Part shown: positions 26,002 through 37,267 of the stretch, in pieces | Position numbering within the stretch: the first letter of the stretch is position 1 | How the letters are laid out: each line of letters begins with the position of its first letter | Assembly (NCBI GenBank): GCA_963849405.1 | Contig: CAWKHG010000007.1 | Coordinates: 3,243 to 67,242 of the forward strand | Direction of reading: 5' to 3' | DNA from: an uncultured Chloroflexia bacterium | Lineage (GTDB): Bacteria; Chloroflexota; Limnocylindria; Limnocylindrales; CSP1-4 | DNA length: 64,000 bases | Notes under the pieces: model-generated | Database searches by the model: none | Told to the model about the DNA's origin: nothing | The model's input: only the letters and a program-made list of their open reading frames with translations | Made by a program: the position numbers and the translations under genes

Positions 26002-26023
26002 GGGGTGGGACATCCTCGCCTCG

Positions 26024-26728
26024 TCAGGCCCCGTCCGATCGCCTGGCCGCCCGGGCGTCGCCCGGCCTTGCGGCGGCGGGCTGCGGCTTCACCGGTGGCA
26101 TCGCCACGCGGAAATCTGGCCGGTCGACGAGCGTCGGTTCGTCGATCCGGTCCACGAGGCCGAGCTCGAGGCACTCGTCGGGCCCCAGGAAGCGATCGCG
26201 CCCGGACCAGATGAAGCGCCGCCACCACGCGGCGTCGCGATGGGCGGTCCGGGCCGCGAAGAGCGCCGCGACGACTTCCTGGTAGTGCTCGGACAGGCGT
26301 TGGTAGTCCTTGAAGACCTTGGCGTCCTCGCCCGAGATCGTCCACTCGCTCGAATGGAGCATCAACGTGCCGAACCGCCCGATCGACCGGGTGTCGCCAG
26401 CCTGGGCGACGATCGCGCCCATCGAATAGGCGTAGCCGAGGATCGCGGTGTCGATCCGCACGTGGTACTTGGCCCGCATCAGGTTGATCGACTCGATGAT
26501 CGCCAGGCCGTCGCCGACCGCCCCACCGGCCGAGTTGATGTACACGGTGATCGGGTCGTCGTGGGGCTGGCCCGCCCGGGCGGACGCCATGACCAGGAGG
26601 GCCTTGGCGAGGTCCTCCGCGTGGGCGGCGTCGATCTCGGTGATGAAATACACGCCGCTCGCGTCGAGGGCGACGCGGCGCATGTGCTGTGCCTGCAGCA
26701 GCTCGCTCAGGTCCGGACCGCGGAGCAT
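26024..26728 (-). CDS. Divergent ClpP-family serine protease subunit
   Basis: YINSAGGAV, AYSMGA (Ser), MLHS (His) and DRFLGPDECLELGLVD (Asp). Confidence 0.85.
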   Translation of the reverse strand: MLRGPDLSELLQAQHMRRVALDASGVYFITEIDAAHAEDLAKALLVMASARAGQPHDDPITVYINSAGGAVGDGLAIIESINLMRAKYHVRIDTAILGYAYSMGAIVAQAGDTRSIGRFGTLMLHSSEWTISGEDAKVFKDYQRLSEHYQEVVAALFAARTAHRDAAWWRRFIWSGRDRFLGPDECLELGLVDRIDEPTLVDRPDFRVAMPPVKPQPAAARPGDARAARRSDGA

Positions 26729-26845
26729 CGTCGCCTCCTCGGGGGCCGCGGCTCACTCGCCCGCTGGCCCGCCGAGCGTACCCCAACCCGACCGGGGCGG
26801 CACCGTCCCCGCGGCCGGTGCGGTCCCGCGCGGTACCATCCGTGC

Positions 26846-27046
26846 ATGGGCATCCTGACCGCGCTCCTCATCGTGATCCTGGTCGCGGCGCTGCTCGTCC
26901 GGGGCCCGAAGAACCTGCCGTCGATCGGCCGGATGCTCGGTCGCGGCGTCAAGGCCACCAAGGACGAGGCGAAGGCCTGGCAGGAGGGCGATCCTCCGCC
27001 GGGACCGGACGCCGGTTCGCCCGGGAGCCCGCCGCCCGGACCCTGA
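26846..27046 (+). CDS. tatA: TatA/TatE family twin-arginine translocase subunit
   Basis: N-terminal TM, then GPKNLPSIGRMLGRGVKATK amphipathic helix; 66 aa. Confidence 0.75.
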   Translation: MGILTALLIVILVAALLVRGPKNLPSIGRMLGRGVKATKDEAKAWQEGDPPPGPDAGSPGSPPPGP

Positions 27047-27055
27047 CCGCAATCA

Positions 27056-28717
<1,662 letters not shown>

Positions 28718-28803
28718 GGTCACGACTCCTCGCTCCCTGACCTCGATGGCGGCCCCACTATTATCGCGTGGCCGGCCGCCGGTCGACACGTGGAGGCGCG
28801 AGA

Positions 28804-29433
28804 GTGAGCGATGGCCGGAGCGGGCGCGACGACGGACCCGAGATCGTCGACCTGCGCGCGCTGCTGGAGCGCCCTGGACCCGGATCGCACCGCGTCACGC
28901 TCCGCGTCGGTGGCCAGGACGTCGAGACGCTGGCCGACCTGCCCCCGGCGCGCGGCGGCCTCCTTTTCGTCGGCCTGAATCCATCGCCGGTGAGCGTGAG
29001 CGCCGGCCACTACCACCAGGGCACGCTGGGGCGCCGGTTCTGGGAGAGGCTGCGGACGATCGGGGTCCTGCCGGCGAGCGTGCCCGTGGAGGCCGCGGAT
29101 GATGCGATCGTCGCCGCGGGCCACGGGATCACCGACCTGCTCAAGGCGCCGACCGCGCGCGACGAGGCATCCGATGACGACCTCCGGGCGGGCGTCGGGG
29201 CGCTCTGGCAGAAGATCGCCCTCTGGCGCCCCGCCGCGGTCGTCTTCATCTACAAGCGCGGAGCGGAGATCGCGGCCGGCCGGCCGATCGCCGAGCCGTG
29301 GGGCCACCTGGTGGGCGTGGCGCTCGCCGGCCGCCCGTGCTTCCTCATGCCGGGTCCGTACGCCCGGTCGAAGGAGGTCCGCGAGGGCCTCAACCTGCTG
29401 CGCAATCTCGTCGCGTCCCTGCCCGGCGACTGA
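28804..29433 (+). CDS. Mismatch-specific uracil-DNA glycosylase (family 2, MUG/TDG-like)
   Basis: LFVGLNPS…HY…RRFW, GITDL and MPGP. Confidence 0.78.
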   Translation: MSDGRSGRDDGPEIVDLRALLERPGPGSHRVTLRVGGQDVETLADLPPARGGLLFVGLNPSPVSVSAGHYHQGTLGRRFWERLRTIGVLPASVPVEAADDAIVAAGHGITDLLKAPTARDEASDDDLRAGVGALWQKIALWRPAAVVFIYKRGAEIAAGRPIAEPWGHLVGVALAGRPCFLMPGPYARSKEVREGLNLLRNLVASLPGD

Positions 29434-29524
29434 CGGAACGTTCGCCGCGGCGTATCGTTTGCAGAAGCGGTGCACCCTCGCACCGTTTGGCACATCCGCC
29501 CGCTTTCGGTCCCCGTACTTTCCC

Positions 29525-29538
29525 AGTACTTTGGTACT
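29525..29538. promoter_or_regulatory. Perfect 5-N4-5 inverted repeat upstream of the DUF5658-like gene
   Basis: AGTAC-TTTG-GTACT, preceded by a partial copy CGTACTTT 11 bp upstream. Confidence 0.35.
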
Positions 29539-29589
29539 AGCCCGGCAGCCGGGCGGACGCCATCAGAGCGCGCGGAGGAAACGCAGGTG

Positions 29590-29973
29590 ATGACGAGACG
29601 GTCCCGGGTCGTCGATGTCGTTGTGGGGACTCCATCGGCCGCCGCACGGGTCTTGCCCGGGCCGGTCCTCCGCCTCCGCCTCGCGGCCCTCTTTGCCGCC
29701 CAGCTGTTCGACTATGGCACCTTCACGCTCATGGTCGAGCGACATGGGATCCATGCGGAGCTCAACCCGATCGTGGCCCACGGGTTCGCCACGTTCGGCC
29801 TGCCGATCGTCGCGCTGGCCAAGCTCGCCCTGATCATGCTCGTCGGCTCGATCATCGTCGTGCTCGCGCATGACCGCACGGCGAGCCGGACGACGACGCG
29901 CGTGGCCACGTTCGTGGCGATGCTCGCCGTCGCGAGCGGCCTCGTCGGCGGCATCTCGAACGTCCTGACCTAG
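29590..29973 (+). CDS. DUF5658-like small membrane protein
   Basis: D..T…G..ELNP motif followed by hydrophobic helices with a K; GGAGG SD. Confidence 0.65.
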   Translation: MTRRSRVVDVVVGTPSAAARVLPGPVLRLRLAALFAAQLFDYGTFTLMVERHGIHAELNPIVAHGFATFGLPIVALAKLALIMLVGSIIVVLAHDRTASRTTTRVATFVAMLAVASGLVGGISNVLT

Positions 29974-29978
29974 CCCGG

Positions 29979-31116
29979 TCAGGCCTCGCGCTCGAGGCCC
30001 ACCCAGGACCGATAGGCGAGCCGGTCGGCCGGCCTGTCCGGCAGCTCCACCACCGGGAACGGCAGCCACGCCGCGCTACCAGGCGGGCCGAACACCGACA
30101 CGCCCGTCCGCTCCGAGAGCTCGTCGGCGCCGGCCGAGCACCCCGGTTCGGCGCTCGAGAGGGCGATGGCCGCGACCCGGCCACCCGCTTCGCGCGCGAC
30201 CTCCAGGATCGAGGCGAGCGCCTCCGGCGAGGGGTCGCCCGGGTCGATGACCAGCATGTCGCGACGACCGAGCAGGAGGGTCTCGACGGCCTGGCCGGGT
30301 GCGCCGCCGGCGGTCCACGACGTCAGCCGGACGATGTCGGGCGCCGGGCGCTCGCACCGTCGAGGCGTGGGCGGGGCCGATCGCCAGCCGCTCGGCCAGC
30401 GCCTCGAAACCCGGCAGGTCGACGAGCCGCTGGAGCGTCGAGCTCGTGGGGATCCACATCTCGATCTCGTGGGCGGCCATCGCATCCAGCGCCGCGCGGG
30501 GCGTCGTCCAGCGGTGGTCGGCCACCTCGTCGCCGACGAACGTGGGCGTCGCGCCGGGTGGCAGCTCGGCGGCGAAGAAGCGAGCATCGAACCGGCGCGG
30601 GTACGCGACGGGGGTCAGCCACCGGGCGATGGGCACCAGGAGGTCCGGGCGGAGGCGCAGGTCCAGTCGATCGGCGACGTCGGCGAAGGTCGTGCGCCCG
30701 GCGAGGAGGTCGGCCCGCAGCGCGGCCGGGCCTTGAACGCCCGCGACGGTGGCGTGCGCGCCGGCAGCAGCGGCCGCAACCCCGACGTCGGCCAGCAGGA
30801 TGCCCGCCTCCTCGAACAGCTCCCGGATCGCCGCGACGTGGAGCGCGGCGGCGAGGTCCGGCTCGGCGCCCCCGCCCAGGCGCTCGGCGGCAGCGGCCGG
30901 GGTCAGGGCGGACCTGGCCGCCAGAGCCGGGTCGGAGTCGGCGGCGTCGACCCGGCCGCCCGGGAACACCATCATCCCGGCGGCGAACGCCATGGTTGAC
31001 GGCCGCCGGGTCAGCAGGACTTCGATCCCGCCGGCACCGGGTCGGACAAGGACGACCGTCGCGGCCGGATGCGCTCGGACCGGCTCGCCGATGACCGGCG
31101 CAGGACGGCGGCCCAT
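29979..31116 (-). CDS. NUDIX hydrolase fused to a truncated, degenerate metallo-beta-lactamase-fold segment; frameshift near 30355
   Basis: AATVVL, VFPGGRVD, AAIRELFEEAGI and RRFDARFF, followed by LVIDPG…ALSSAEPGC. Confidence 0.78.
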
Positions 31117-31121
31117 CCGGG

Positions 31122-31667
31122 TCAGGCGGCGCCGGTGTCGGTGGTGGCGTTCGCGGTCACGGCGGTCGCGGCGAAGTCGAGGCTGTAGGCGAGCAGCAGC
31201 AGGCCCGGATCGAACTGCCAGTCGCGGGCCGGGTCACGGCGGAAGCCGTACCGCTCGTAGACCCGGTGCGCGGCCGTCATCGCGGGGAGTGTGTACAGGG
31301 CCATGCCCCGCCGGCCGTCCGCCCGTGCCCGCGCGATGAGCGCCTCGACGAGGGCCGTGCCGACGCCCTTGCCCTGAGCCTGGGGGTCGACAGCGAGCAT
31401 CCGGATCCCGGCTTCGCCTTCGCGCTCCAGCTCGGACAGCGGCGTGCCCGGACCGGGCACGTACGTCGCCCCGCCGATGACCCGTCCGCTCACCGGGTCG
31501 ACGGCGACGTAGACCGGACACGACCGGGCCCTGCCGGCGACGTCGCGCAACTCATCGACGTACTCGCTGTCGTCACCGGTCTCGGGGAAGATCGAGTACG
31601 CGGCGACGGTCAGGTCGCCGATGGCGTCGTATTCGGCGGGCACAGCCTCACGGACGAGGGCCGTCAT
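31122..31667 (-). CDS. GNAT family N-acetyltransferase
   Basis: [16 protein letters not shown] and [12 protein letters not shown]; ATG overlaps the yyaL-like stop. Confidence 0.9.
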   Translation of the reverse strand: MTALVREAVPAEYDAIGDLTVAAYSIFPETGDDSEYVDELRDVAGRARSCPVYVAVDPVSGRVIGGATYVPGPGTPLSELEREGEAGIRMLAVDPQAQGKGVGTALVEALIARARADGRRGMALYTLPAMTAAHRVYERYGFRRDPARDWQFDPGLLLLAYSLDFAATAVTANATTDTGAA

Positions 31668-33778
31668 CCGCCCGCCCATGACGCGACGGTGCCGGCCAGT
31701 TGCGCCTCGAGCGCTTCCGGTTCGTGGACCGGCTGGCGGCACGCGAACGATCGGCAGACGAAGGCCGTTGGCCGGCCATCGAGCGCGAACCGGCCCTGGA
31801 GGAGCGGTACGGCGCTCCCGTCGGGGTCGGCCGAGGCGGCGAGGACCCGGTGGGGCCGGAAGCCGCGCCGGATCACCTCCCGCAACCGACCCATCGCCGG
31901 GTCGTCGGGGCCGATCAGCGCCACCTCGTCGATCGGCGTCACCGCCAGGTCGAGGGCGATGAGCCACTGGGCGAAGAACGTGGGGTGGCGCGGCGCGACG
32001 TCGATGACCGCGGCCAGCGCATGCTCGGCGGCCGCCTCGTACCGGGTCTCCCCGGTCAGCGCGGCCAGGCGCAGGAGGACCGTCGTCGCCATCGCGCCGC
32101 CCGACGGCATCGCGTTGTCCTGGAGGTCCCGCGGCCGGGAGACGAGCGTCTCGGCGTCGTCGGCCGTGTCGAAGAAGCCGCCATCGGGATCCGCGAAGTG
32201 GTCGAGGATGACCTCGCTGAGCGCGCGAGCCTCGACGAACCAGCGCTCGTCGAACGTCGCCTCATACAGGGCGAGCAGCCCGTCGGCCAGGTCGGCGTGA
32301 TCCTCGAGCACGCCGTCGGCGGTCGCCCGGCCGTCCTTCCACGAGCGCCGGAGACGGCCGTCGGCGGTCCGCAGGCCGGCAAGCAGCGCGTCCGCGGCAC
32401 GCACGGCGATCGCCCGGTAGCGTGCGGCGCGGGCCGGGTCGTTCGTCTCGAGGGCCGCCGCGGCATCCGCGTAGGCCGCGATCGCGAGGCCGTTCCAGGC
32501 TGCCAGGGCCTTGTCGTCACGCGCCGGTTGGGGACGCTCGTTGCGCCGGGCGAGCAGGGCGGTCCGAGCCTGCCCCAGAAGGCGTGCCACGTCCGCCGGC
32601 TCGAGGCCCAGCCGCGCGCCCACCTCCTGGTCGGAGCGGACGCGGCTCAGGATCGTCGCGCCCTCCCAGTTGCCGGCCACGGTGACGCCGTACGCCTCGA
32701 TGAACGGTTCGACGAGGGCGCCGTCCGCGCCGGCGAGGACTTCCCGAACCTCGGCGGAGGTCCACGTGAACGTGGCGCCTTCGACCCCCTGCGTGTCGGC
32801 GTCGAGGCTCGCGGCGAACGTGCCGTCGGGCCGCGCCAGATCGCGCTCCATGAAGTCGAGGACGCCGGTCGCGACGTCCAGGTACGCCGTCTCCCCGGTG
32901 AGCTGCCACGCGTGGAGGTACACCCGGGCAAGCTGGGCATTGTCGTAGAGCATCTGCTCGAAGTGGGGCACGAGCCAGTTGGCGTCCGTCGAGTAGCGAT
33001 GGAAGCCGCCGCCCAGCTGGTCATGGATCCCACCGGCGGCCATCGCGTCGAGCGTCCGGCGGGCCATCGCGATCCCGCGCGGATCGGCGTCGCCACCGAG
33101 CGAGCGCCGGAGCAGGTACTCGATCGTCATCGACTGGGGGAACTTGGGCGCCCCGCCCCAGCCGCCACGGCGCTCGTCGAACGCCGTCGCGAGCGCCGAC
33201 GCGGCCGCCTCGAAGGCCACGCCCGCTCGATCGGCGACGCTCCCCCCGGCGCTGCCCGGAGCGCCACTCCCCGCGAGCCGCTGGTGGTCCACGAGCGCGT
33301 CGACGAGCCGCTGGCCGGACAATTCGACGGCCGCGCGGTCGTCGCGCCAGGCGGCGGCCACGCCGGCCAGCACCTGCCGGAATGCCGGCAGCCCGTGGCG
33401 GGGCTCGGGCGGGAAGTAGGTGCCGCCGTAGAACGGCCGCCCCTCCGGCGTCAGGAACATGCTCATCGGCCAGCCGCCGCCCCCGGTGAGCGCCTGGACG
33501 GCCGACATGTAGACCTGGTCGATGTCGGGGCGCTCCTCGCGGTCCACCTTGATCGCGATGAAGTCGCGGCGCAGGTCCGCGGCGACCGCCTCGTCCTCGA
33601 ACGTCTCGCGCTCCATGACGTGGCACCAGTGGCATGCGGCGTAGCCGATCGACAGGAAGATCGGCTTGTCGCCGTCCCGTGCCGCGGCCAGCGCCTCGGG
33701 TCCCCACGGGTACCAGTCGACGGGGTTATGGGCGTGCTGGAGCAGGTACGGGCTCGTCTCGGTCGCCAGACGGTTCAC
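31664..33778 (-). CDS. Thioredoxin-domain protein, YyaL/SPATA20 (DUF255) family
   Basis: [51 protein letters not shown] and [10 protein letters not shown]. Confidence 0.95.
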   Translation of the reverse strand: MNRLATETSPYLLQHAHNPVDWYPWGPEALAAARDGDKPIFLSIGYAACHWCHVMERETFEDEAVAADLRRDFIAIKVDREERPDIDQVYMSAVQALTGGGGWPMSMFLTPEGRPFYGGTYFPPEPRHGLPAFRQVLAGVAAAWRDDRAAVELSGQRLVDALVDHQRLAGSGAPGSAGGSVADRAGVAFEAAASALATAFDERRGGWGGAPKFPQSMTIEYLLRRSLGGDADPRGIAMARRTLDAMAAGGIHDQLGGGFHRYSTDANWLVPHFEQMLYDNAQLARVYLHAWQLTGETAYLDVATGVLDFMERDLARPDGTFAASLDADTQGVEGATFTWTSAEVREVLAGADGALVEPFIEAYGVTVAGNWEGATILSRVRSDQEVGARLGLEPADVARLLGQARTALLARRNERPQPARDDKALAAWNGLAIAAYADAAAALETNDPARAARYRAIAVRAADALLAGLRTADGRLRRSWKDGRATADGVLEDHADLADGLLALYEATFDERWFVEARALSEVILDHFADPDGGFFDTADDAETLVSRPRDLQDNAMPSGGAMATTVLLRLAALTGETRYEAAAEHALAAVIDVAPRHPTFFAQWLIALDLAVTPIDEVALIGPDDPAMGRLREVIRRGFRPHRVLAASADPDGSAVPLLQGRFALDGRPTAFVCRSFACRQPVHEPEALEAQLAGTVASWAGG

Positions 33779-33827
33779 CCGACCGATGGTATAGCGCGAG
33801 ACCCGACGGGGGCCCTATCCTGCGGCC

Positions 33828-35000
33828 GTGCTCACCGGCGTCCTGCATACCTTCGGCCGAAACGCCACGATCCTGGCGGTCGGTGGCCTCGGCGCGACCC
33901 TGGCGACGTTCATCCTGCGCCAGGTCGGGCGGCGACCACGTCCTCGTGTTCGTCATCAGCGCCGTGGCGCTGGCCGGCCTCGCCGGCCTCGTCGGCGAGG
34001 GCACGGACCAGCTCGGCCATCGGTTCGGCCCGGGCGCGACCGGCGTCCTCCAGTCGGCGCTGGGCAATCTGCCCGAGCTGTTCATCGCGATATTCAGCCT
34101 CCAGGCCGGCCTGGTCGTCGTCGTCCAGACGGCCCTCATCGGGTCGATCCTGGCGAACTCCCTGCTCGTGCTCGGGCTCGCCTTCCTCCTCGGCGGCCTG
34201 CGCCACGGGACGCAGACGTTCCACGCCCCGGCCGTCCGCTCGATGGCGGTCCTGCTCGTCCTGGCGGTGGCCGCGCTCGCCGTCCCGACCCTGGCCACGA
34301 TGCCCGGCGCGCCCGACGCCGGCCATGCCCAGGACATCAGCATCTTCGTCTCGGTGGTGCTGCTCGTCGTGTTCGCGGCGTCGGTGCCGTTCTCGATCCG
34401 CGGCGGCCCCGGGGCGAGCGTCATCCAGAACCCGGTCGAGCACCTCGACGTCTGGCCGCTCCGGCTCGCCCTGGGCGTGCTCGTCGTGGCGGCCATCGGG
34501 GCCGCGTTCGTGTCCGACTGGTTCGTCGAGGCCCTTGCGACCGGCGATGGCGACGCTCGGCCTGTCCGAGGAGTTCGTGGGCCTGGTTATCGTGGCGATC
34601 GCCGGCAACGCGGTCGAGAACGTGGTCGGCGATCCAGATGGCGCTGCGCAACAAGCCCGACCTGGCGATCAGCCTCATCCTCAACAGCTCGGTCCAGATC
34701 GCGATCGCGCTGACACCCGCCCTGGTCCTCATCAGCCTGGTCGTGGGCGGCGGGCTGACGCTCGTCCTCTCCCCGCTGCTGCTGGCGGCGCTGACGCTGG
34801 CCGCGCTGCTCACCGCGTTCATCGTCTTCGACGGCGAGACGAACTGGCTCGAAGGGCTGGCCCTGATCGGCCTCTACCTGATCATCGCGGCGTCCGTCTG
34901 GTACGGCCAGCCGATCCAGCGTCTGAGGGGCGACCGGCCCGAGGGGCTCAGACGACGGACTTGGTGCTCGGGAGCGAGGCCGTGCCGACCGCGGCGCTGA
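33828..35000 (+). CDS. Calcium/proton exchanger (CaCA family), frameshifted; 3' end uncertain
   Basis: GNLPEL (alpha-1), GSILANSLL, GNAVEN (alpha-2), SSVQIA and DGETNWLEG. Confidence 0.88.
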   Translation: MLTGVLHTFGRNATILAVGGLGATLATFILRQVGRRPRPRVRHQRRGAGRPRRPRRRGHGPARPSVRPGRDRRPPVGAGQSARAVHRDIQPPGRPGRRRPDGPHRVDPGELPARARARLPPRRPAPRDADVPRPGRPLDGGPARPGGGRARRPDPGHDARRARRRPCPGHQHLRLGGAARRVRGVGAVLDPRRPRGERHPEPGRAPRRLAAPARPGRARRGGHRGRVRVRLVRRGPCDRRWRRSACPRSSWAWLSWRSPATRSRTWSAIQMALRNKPDLAISLILNSSVQIAIALTPALVLISLVVGGGLTLVLSPLLLAALTLAALLTAFIVFDGETNWLEGLALIGLYLIIAASVWYGQPIQRLRGDRPEGLRRRTWCSGARPCRPRR

Positions 35001-36252
35001 CCGGCAGCGCACCGGCGGGCGCGACGCGGATCCGGCGATACCAGACCAGGCCAAGGACCGCGGCGATGGCCGAGACGACGCCGCCCCAGGCGATGGCCGC
35101 CGCAGCCCCGGCGTTCGAGGCAAGCGCGCCGAGGACCAGGCCGCCGATCGGGCTCGTCCCGGCGAAGACCGTCGTGTAGACGCTCATGACCCGCCCGCGG
35201 AGCTCGTCCGGGACGACCATCTGGATCGTCGTGTTGGCGGTCGCCATCATCGTGATCGCGCCCGTCCCGGCGATGAACATCAGGATCAGGTCGATGTGGT
35301 AGTTGCCGACCACGCCGATGAGGATCTCGGTCACGCCGAGCACCAGGCCGCCGAGGAGCATCCGGGTCGGCCGCGTCCCACCGAAGGCGATCGCCAGCGC
35401 GGCCAGGAGCGAGCCCACGCCCGAGGCCGCCATGAGGAACCCGTAGCCCTCGGCGCCCACGCCGAGAACGCCCTGGGCCAGCGGCGGGATGAGGATCGTG
35501 AAGTTGATCCCGAACGTGGCTACGACGCCGATGATCACGACGGCCAGGAGGACCATGGGCGTCCGGCGGACGTACAGGAGGCCCTCGCCGAGGTTCTCGA
35601 AGACTCCCCCGACCGTCGTCGGGCGGGCGAAGATCGGCGACGGCCTCAGTTCGGTCTCGCGCATGAGGAACAGGCCGAGGAGCACAGCCAGGAAGCTCAG
35701 GGCATCGATGAGGAAGGCGATCGACACGCCGAAGGCCGCGATCGTCAAGCCGGCGATGGCCGGACCGAGCACGCGGGCCGCGTTGAACATCGCCGAGTTG
35801 AGCGCGACGGCATTGCTGATGTCCTCCCGGCCGACCATTTCGACCGCGAACGCCTGGCGAGTCGGCAGGTCGACCGCGTTTCGGACACCCATCACCCCGG
35901 CGAGCAGGAAGACGTGCCAGACCTCGACCGCGTGGGCCGCCGCGAGGGCGAACAGCAGGAAGCTCACGACCATCGCGACGATCTGGGTGACATACAGGGT
36001 CGGGCGCTTCGGCAGGGCGTCGGCAATGAGGCCGCCGAACAGCCCCAGCACCAGCACCGGACCGAACTGGAAGACGGTGAGGAGGCCCAGGTCGAACGGG
36101 TTGCCCGTCAGCTGGAGGATCAGCCAGCTCTGGGCGACGCTCGTCATCCAGGTCCCGATGAGCGAGATGAGCTGGCCACCGAAGAACAGCCGGTAGTTGT
36201 GGTGGCGGAACGCCCGCCAGCCCTGGAACGCGGCGACGGATCGGACGCTCAT
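34948..36252 (-). CDS. MFS transporter (MFS_3/EntS-like)
   Basis: NYRLFFGGQLISLIGTWM, DLPTRQAF, NAVALNSAMFNAARVLGP and PDELRGRVMS. Confidence 0.92.
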   Translation of the reverse strand: MSVRSVAAFQGWRAFRHHNYRLFFGGQLISLIGTWMTSVAQSWLILQLTGNPFDLGLLTVFQFGPVLVLGLFGGLIADALPKRPTLYVTQIVAMVVSFLLFALAAAHAVEVWHVFLLAGVMGVRNAVDLPTRQAFAVEMVGREDISNAVALNSAMFNAARVLGPAIAGLTIAAFGVSIAFLIDALSFLAVLLGLFLMRETELRPSPIFARPTTVGGVFENLGEGLLYVRRTPMVLLAVVIIGVVATFGINFTILIPPLAQGVLGVGAEGYGFLMAASGVGSLLAALAIAFGGTRPTRMLLGGLVLGVTEILIGVVGNYHIDLILMFIAGTGAITMMATANTTIQMVVPDELRGRVMSVYTTVFAGTSPIGGLVLGALASNAGAAAAIAWGGVVSAIAAVLGLVWYRRIRVAPAGALPVSAAVGTASLPSTKSVV

Positions 36253-36755
36253 CGGACCTCTCCGGTGCCGCCGGCGTCGAGGTCGGCGAGGCGGGCGCGG
36301 AGGCGCGTCCGTCGCTCTTCGGCGGCCTGGACCATCGCCTCGAGCCGGTCGATCTTGGCCTGGAGGATCCCCACCTGGCGATCGGCCCGTTCGAGCGAAT
36401 CCGTCACGAGGGCGCGCCGTTCAACAAGGTCGACGGTGTGGTCGAACGCCTCGCGGCTGCGGCCCCGGGCCGCCTCGTCCTCGAGCAGCTGGCCGATCTC
36501 GGCGAGCGAGAACCCGGCATCGTCGCGCAGCTCCTTGATGAACTGCAGGCGCTCGATGTCCGACGCGTCGAACAGCCGGTAGGCGCCCTCGCTCCGGGCG
36601 GCCGGCGAGAGCAGTCCGAGCTCTTCGTAGTACCGGATGCGGCGTGTCGTCAGGCCGAGCTCGGAGGCGACCTCCTGGATGCGCAGGAGGACGGGCTCGG
36701 GGCCCGGAAGGGCGGACGCAGGGGTCAGTGAGGCTGGGACTTCAGGACGCGGCAC
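36249..36755 (-). CDS. MerR family transcriptional regulator
   Basis: IQEVASELGLTTRRIRYYEELGLL, YRLF and GFSLAEI; stop overlaps the MFS ATG. Confidence 0.92.
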   Translation of the reverse strand: MPRPEVPASLTPASALPGPEPVLLRIQEVASELGLTTRRIRYYEELGLLSPAARSEGAYRLFDASDIERLQFIKELRDDAGFSLAEIGQLLEDEAARGRSREAFDHTVDLVERRALVTDSLERADRQVGILQAKIDRLEAMVQAAEERRTRLRARLADLDAGGTGEVR

Positions 36756-36771
36756 CAAGGCATGATACCCC

Positions 36772-36795
36772 AACCTTACCGTTCACGTAAAGGTT
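36772..36795. promoter_or_regulatory. MerR-type dyad operator overlapping divergent promoters
   Basis: AACCTTACCGTTCACGTAAAGGTT is 18/24 self-complementary; TATCAT (-) at 36762-67 and TACAGT (+) at 36795-800. Confidence 0.6.
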
Positions 36796-36878
36796 ACAGT
36801 TGGCGACTCTATCCAGTCCCCATGCGCCGTGCTACGGTGCCGGCGGAGGCGGCAAGAACCGCCGGGACGGGGGTACCC

Positions 36879-37088
36879 ATGAACGACCCGCTGGTCCTCG
36901 GACTGATCGTCATCGTCCTGGTCGCGCTGCTGGTCGCCGTGGACCGGATGCGCCGCCCGCGCCCGGGCGATGTAGAGGCGGCGATCGGGCGGGCGGCGGT
37001 CGACGCCGACCGGGACGCGCAGAAGACCGCGGCGATCGAGGCCGAGGAGACCGCCGCCCACCAGTTTCCGCCCGGGGGATCACTCTAG
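36879..37088 (+). CDS. Hypothetical 69-aa single-pass membrane protein
   Basis: N-terminal hydrophobic helix and charged tail; GC3-rich codons. Confidence 0.6.
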   Translation: MNDPLVLGLIVIVLVALLVAVDRMRRPRPGDVEAAIGRAAVDADRDAQKTAAIEAEETAAHQFPPGGSL

Positions 37089-37267
37089 GCACTGACCGGC
37101 ACGCTCCCCGAGGGCTTTCCTGAGGGTCAGCCCGCAGCGGTACCTCTTTCGGTGGCCTCCGTGCACCATCGATTTCGGATACGCGTACATCCGTATTGAC
37201 GGCGCGTTTGCGTGGCCCAACACTCGCCGGACCCGTTCAGGGGTGGACGCATCGAGCCGGGAGTTCG

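Noticed and set aside
26846-27046. A dedicated Tat system for the S8 protease or LOX
   Set aside because: No tatC is in the window, and the RR-containing signals (VRRFRV, TRRLAV) do not fit S/T-R-R-x-F-L well.
37089-37267. Riboswitch upstream of the subtilisin
   Set aside because: Only a small hairpin (CGGAT/ATCCG) is present; I recognise no c-di-AMP, c-di-GMP or other aptamer consensus.
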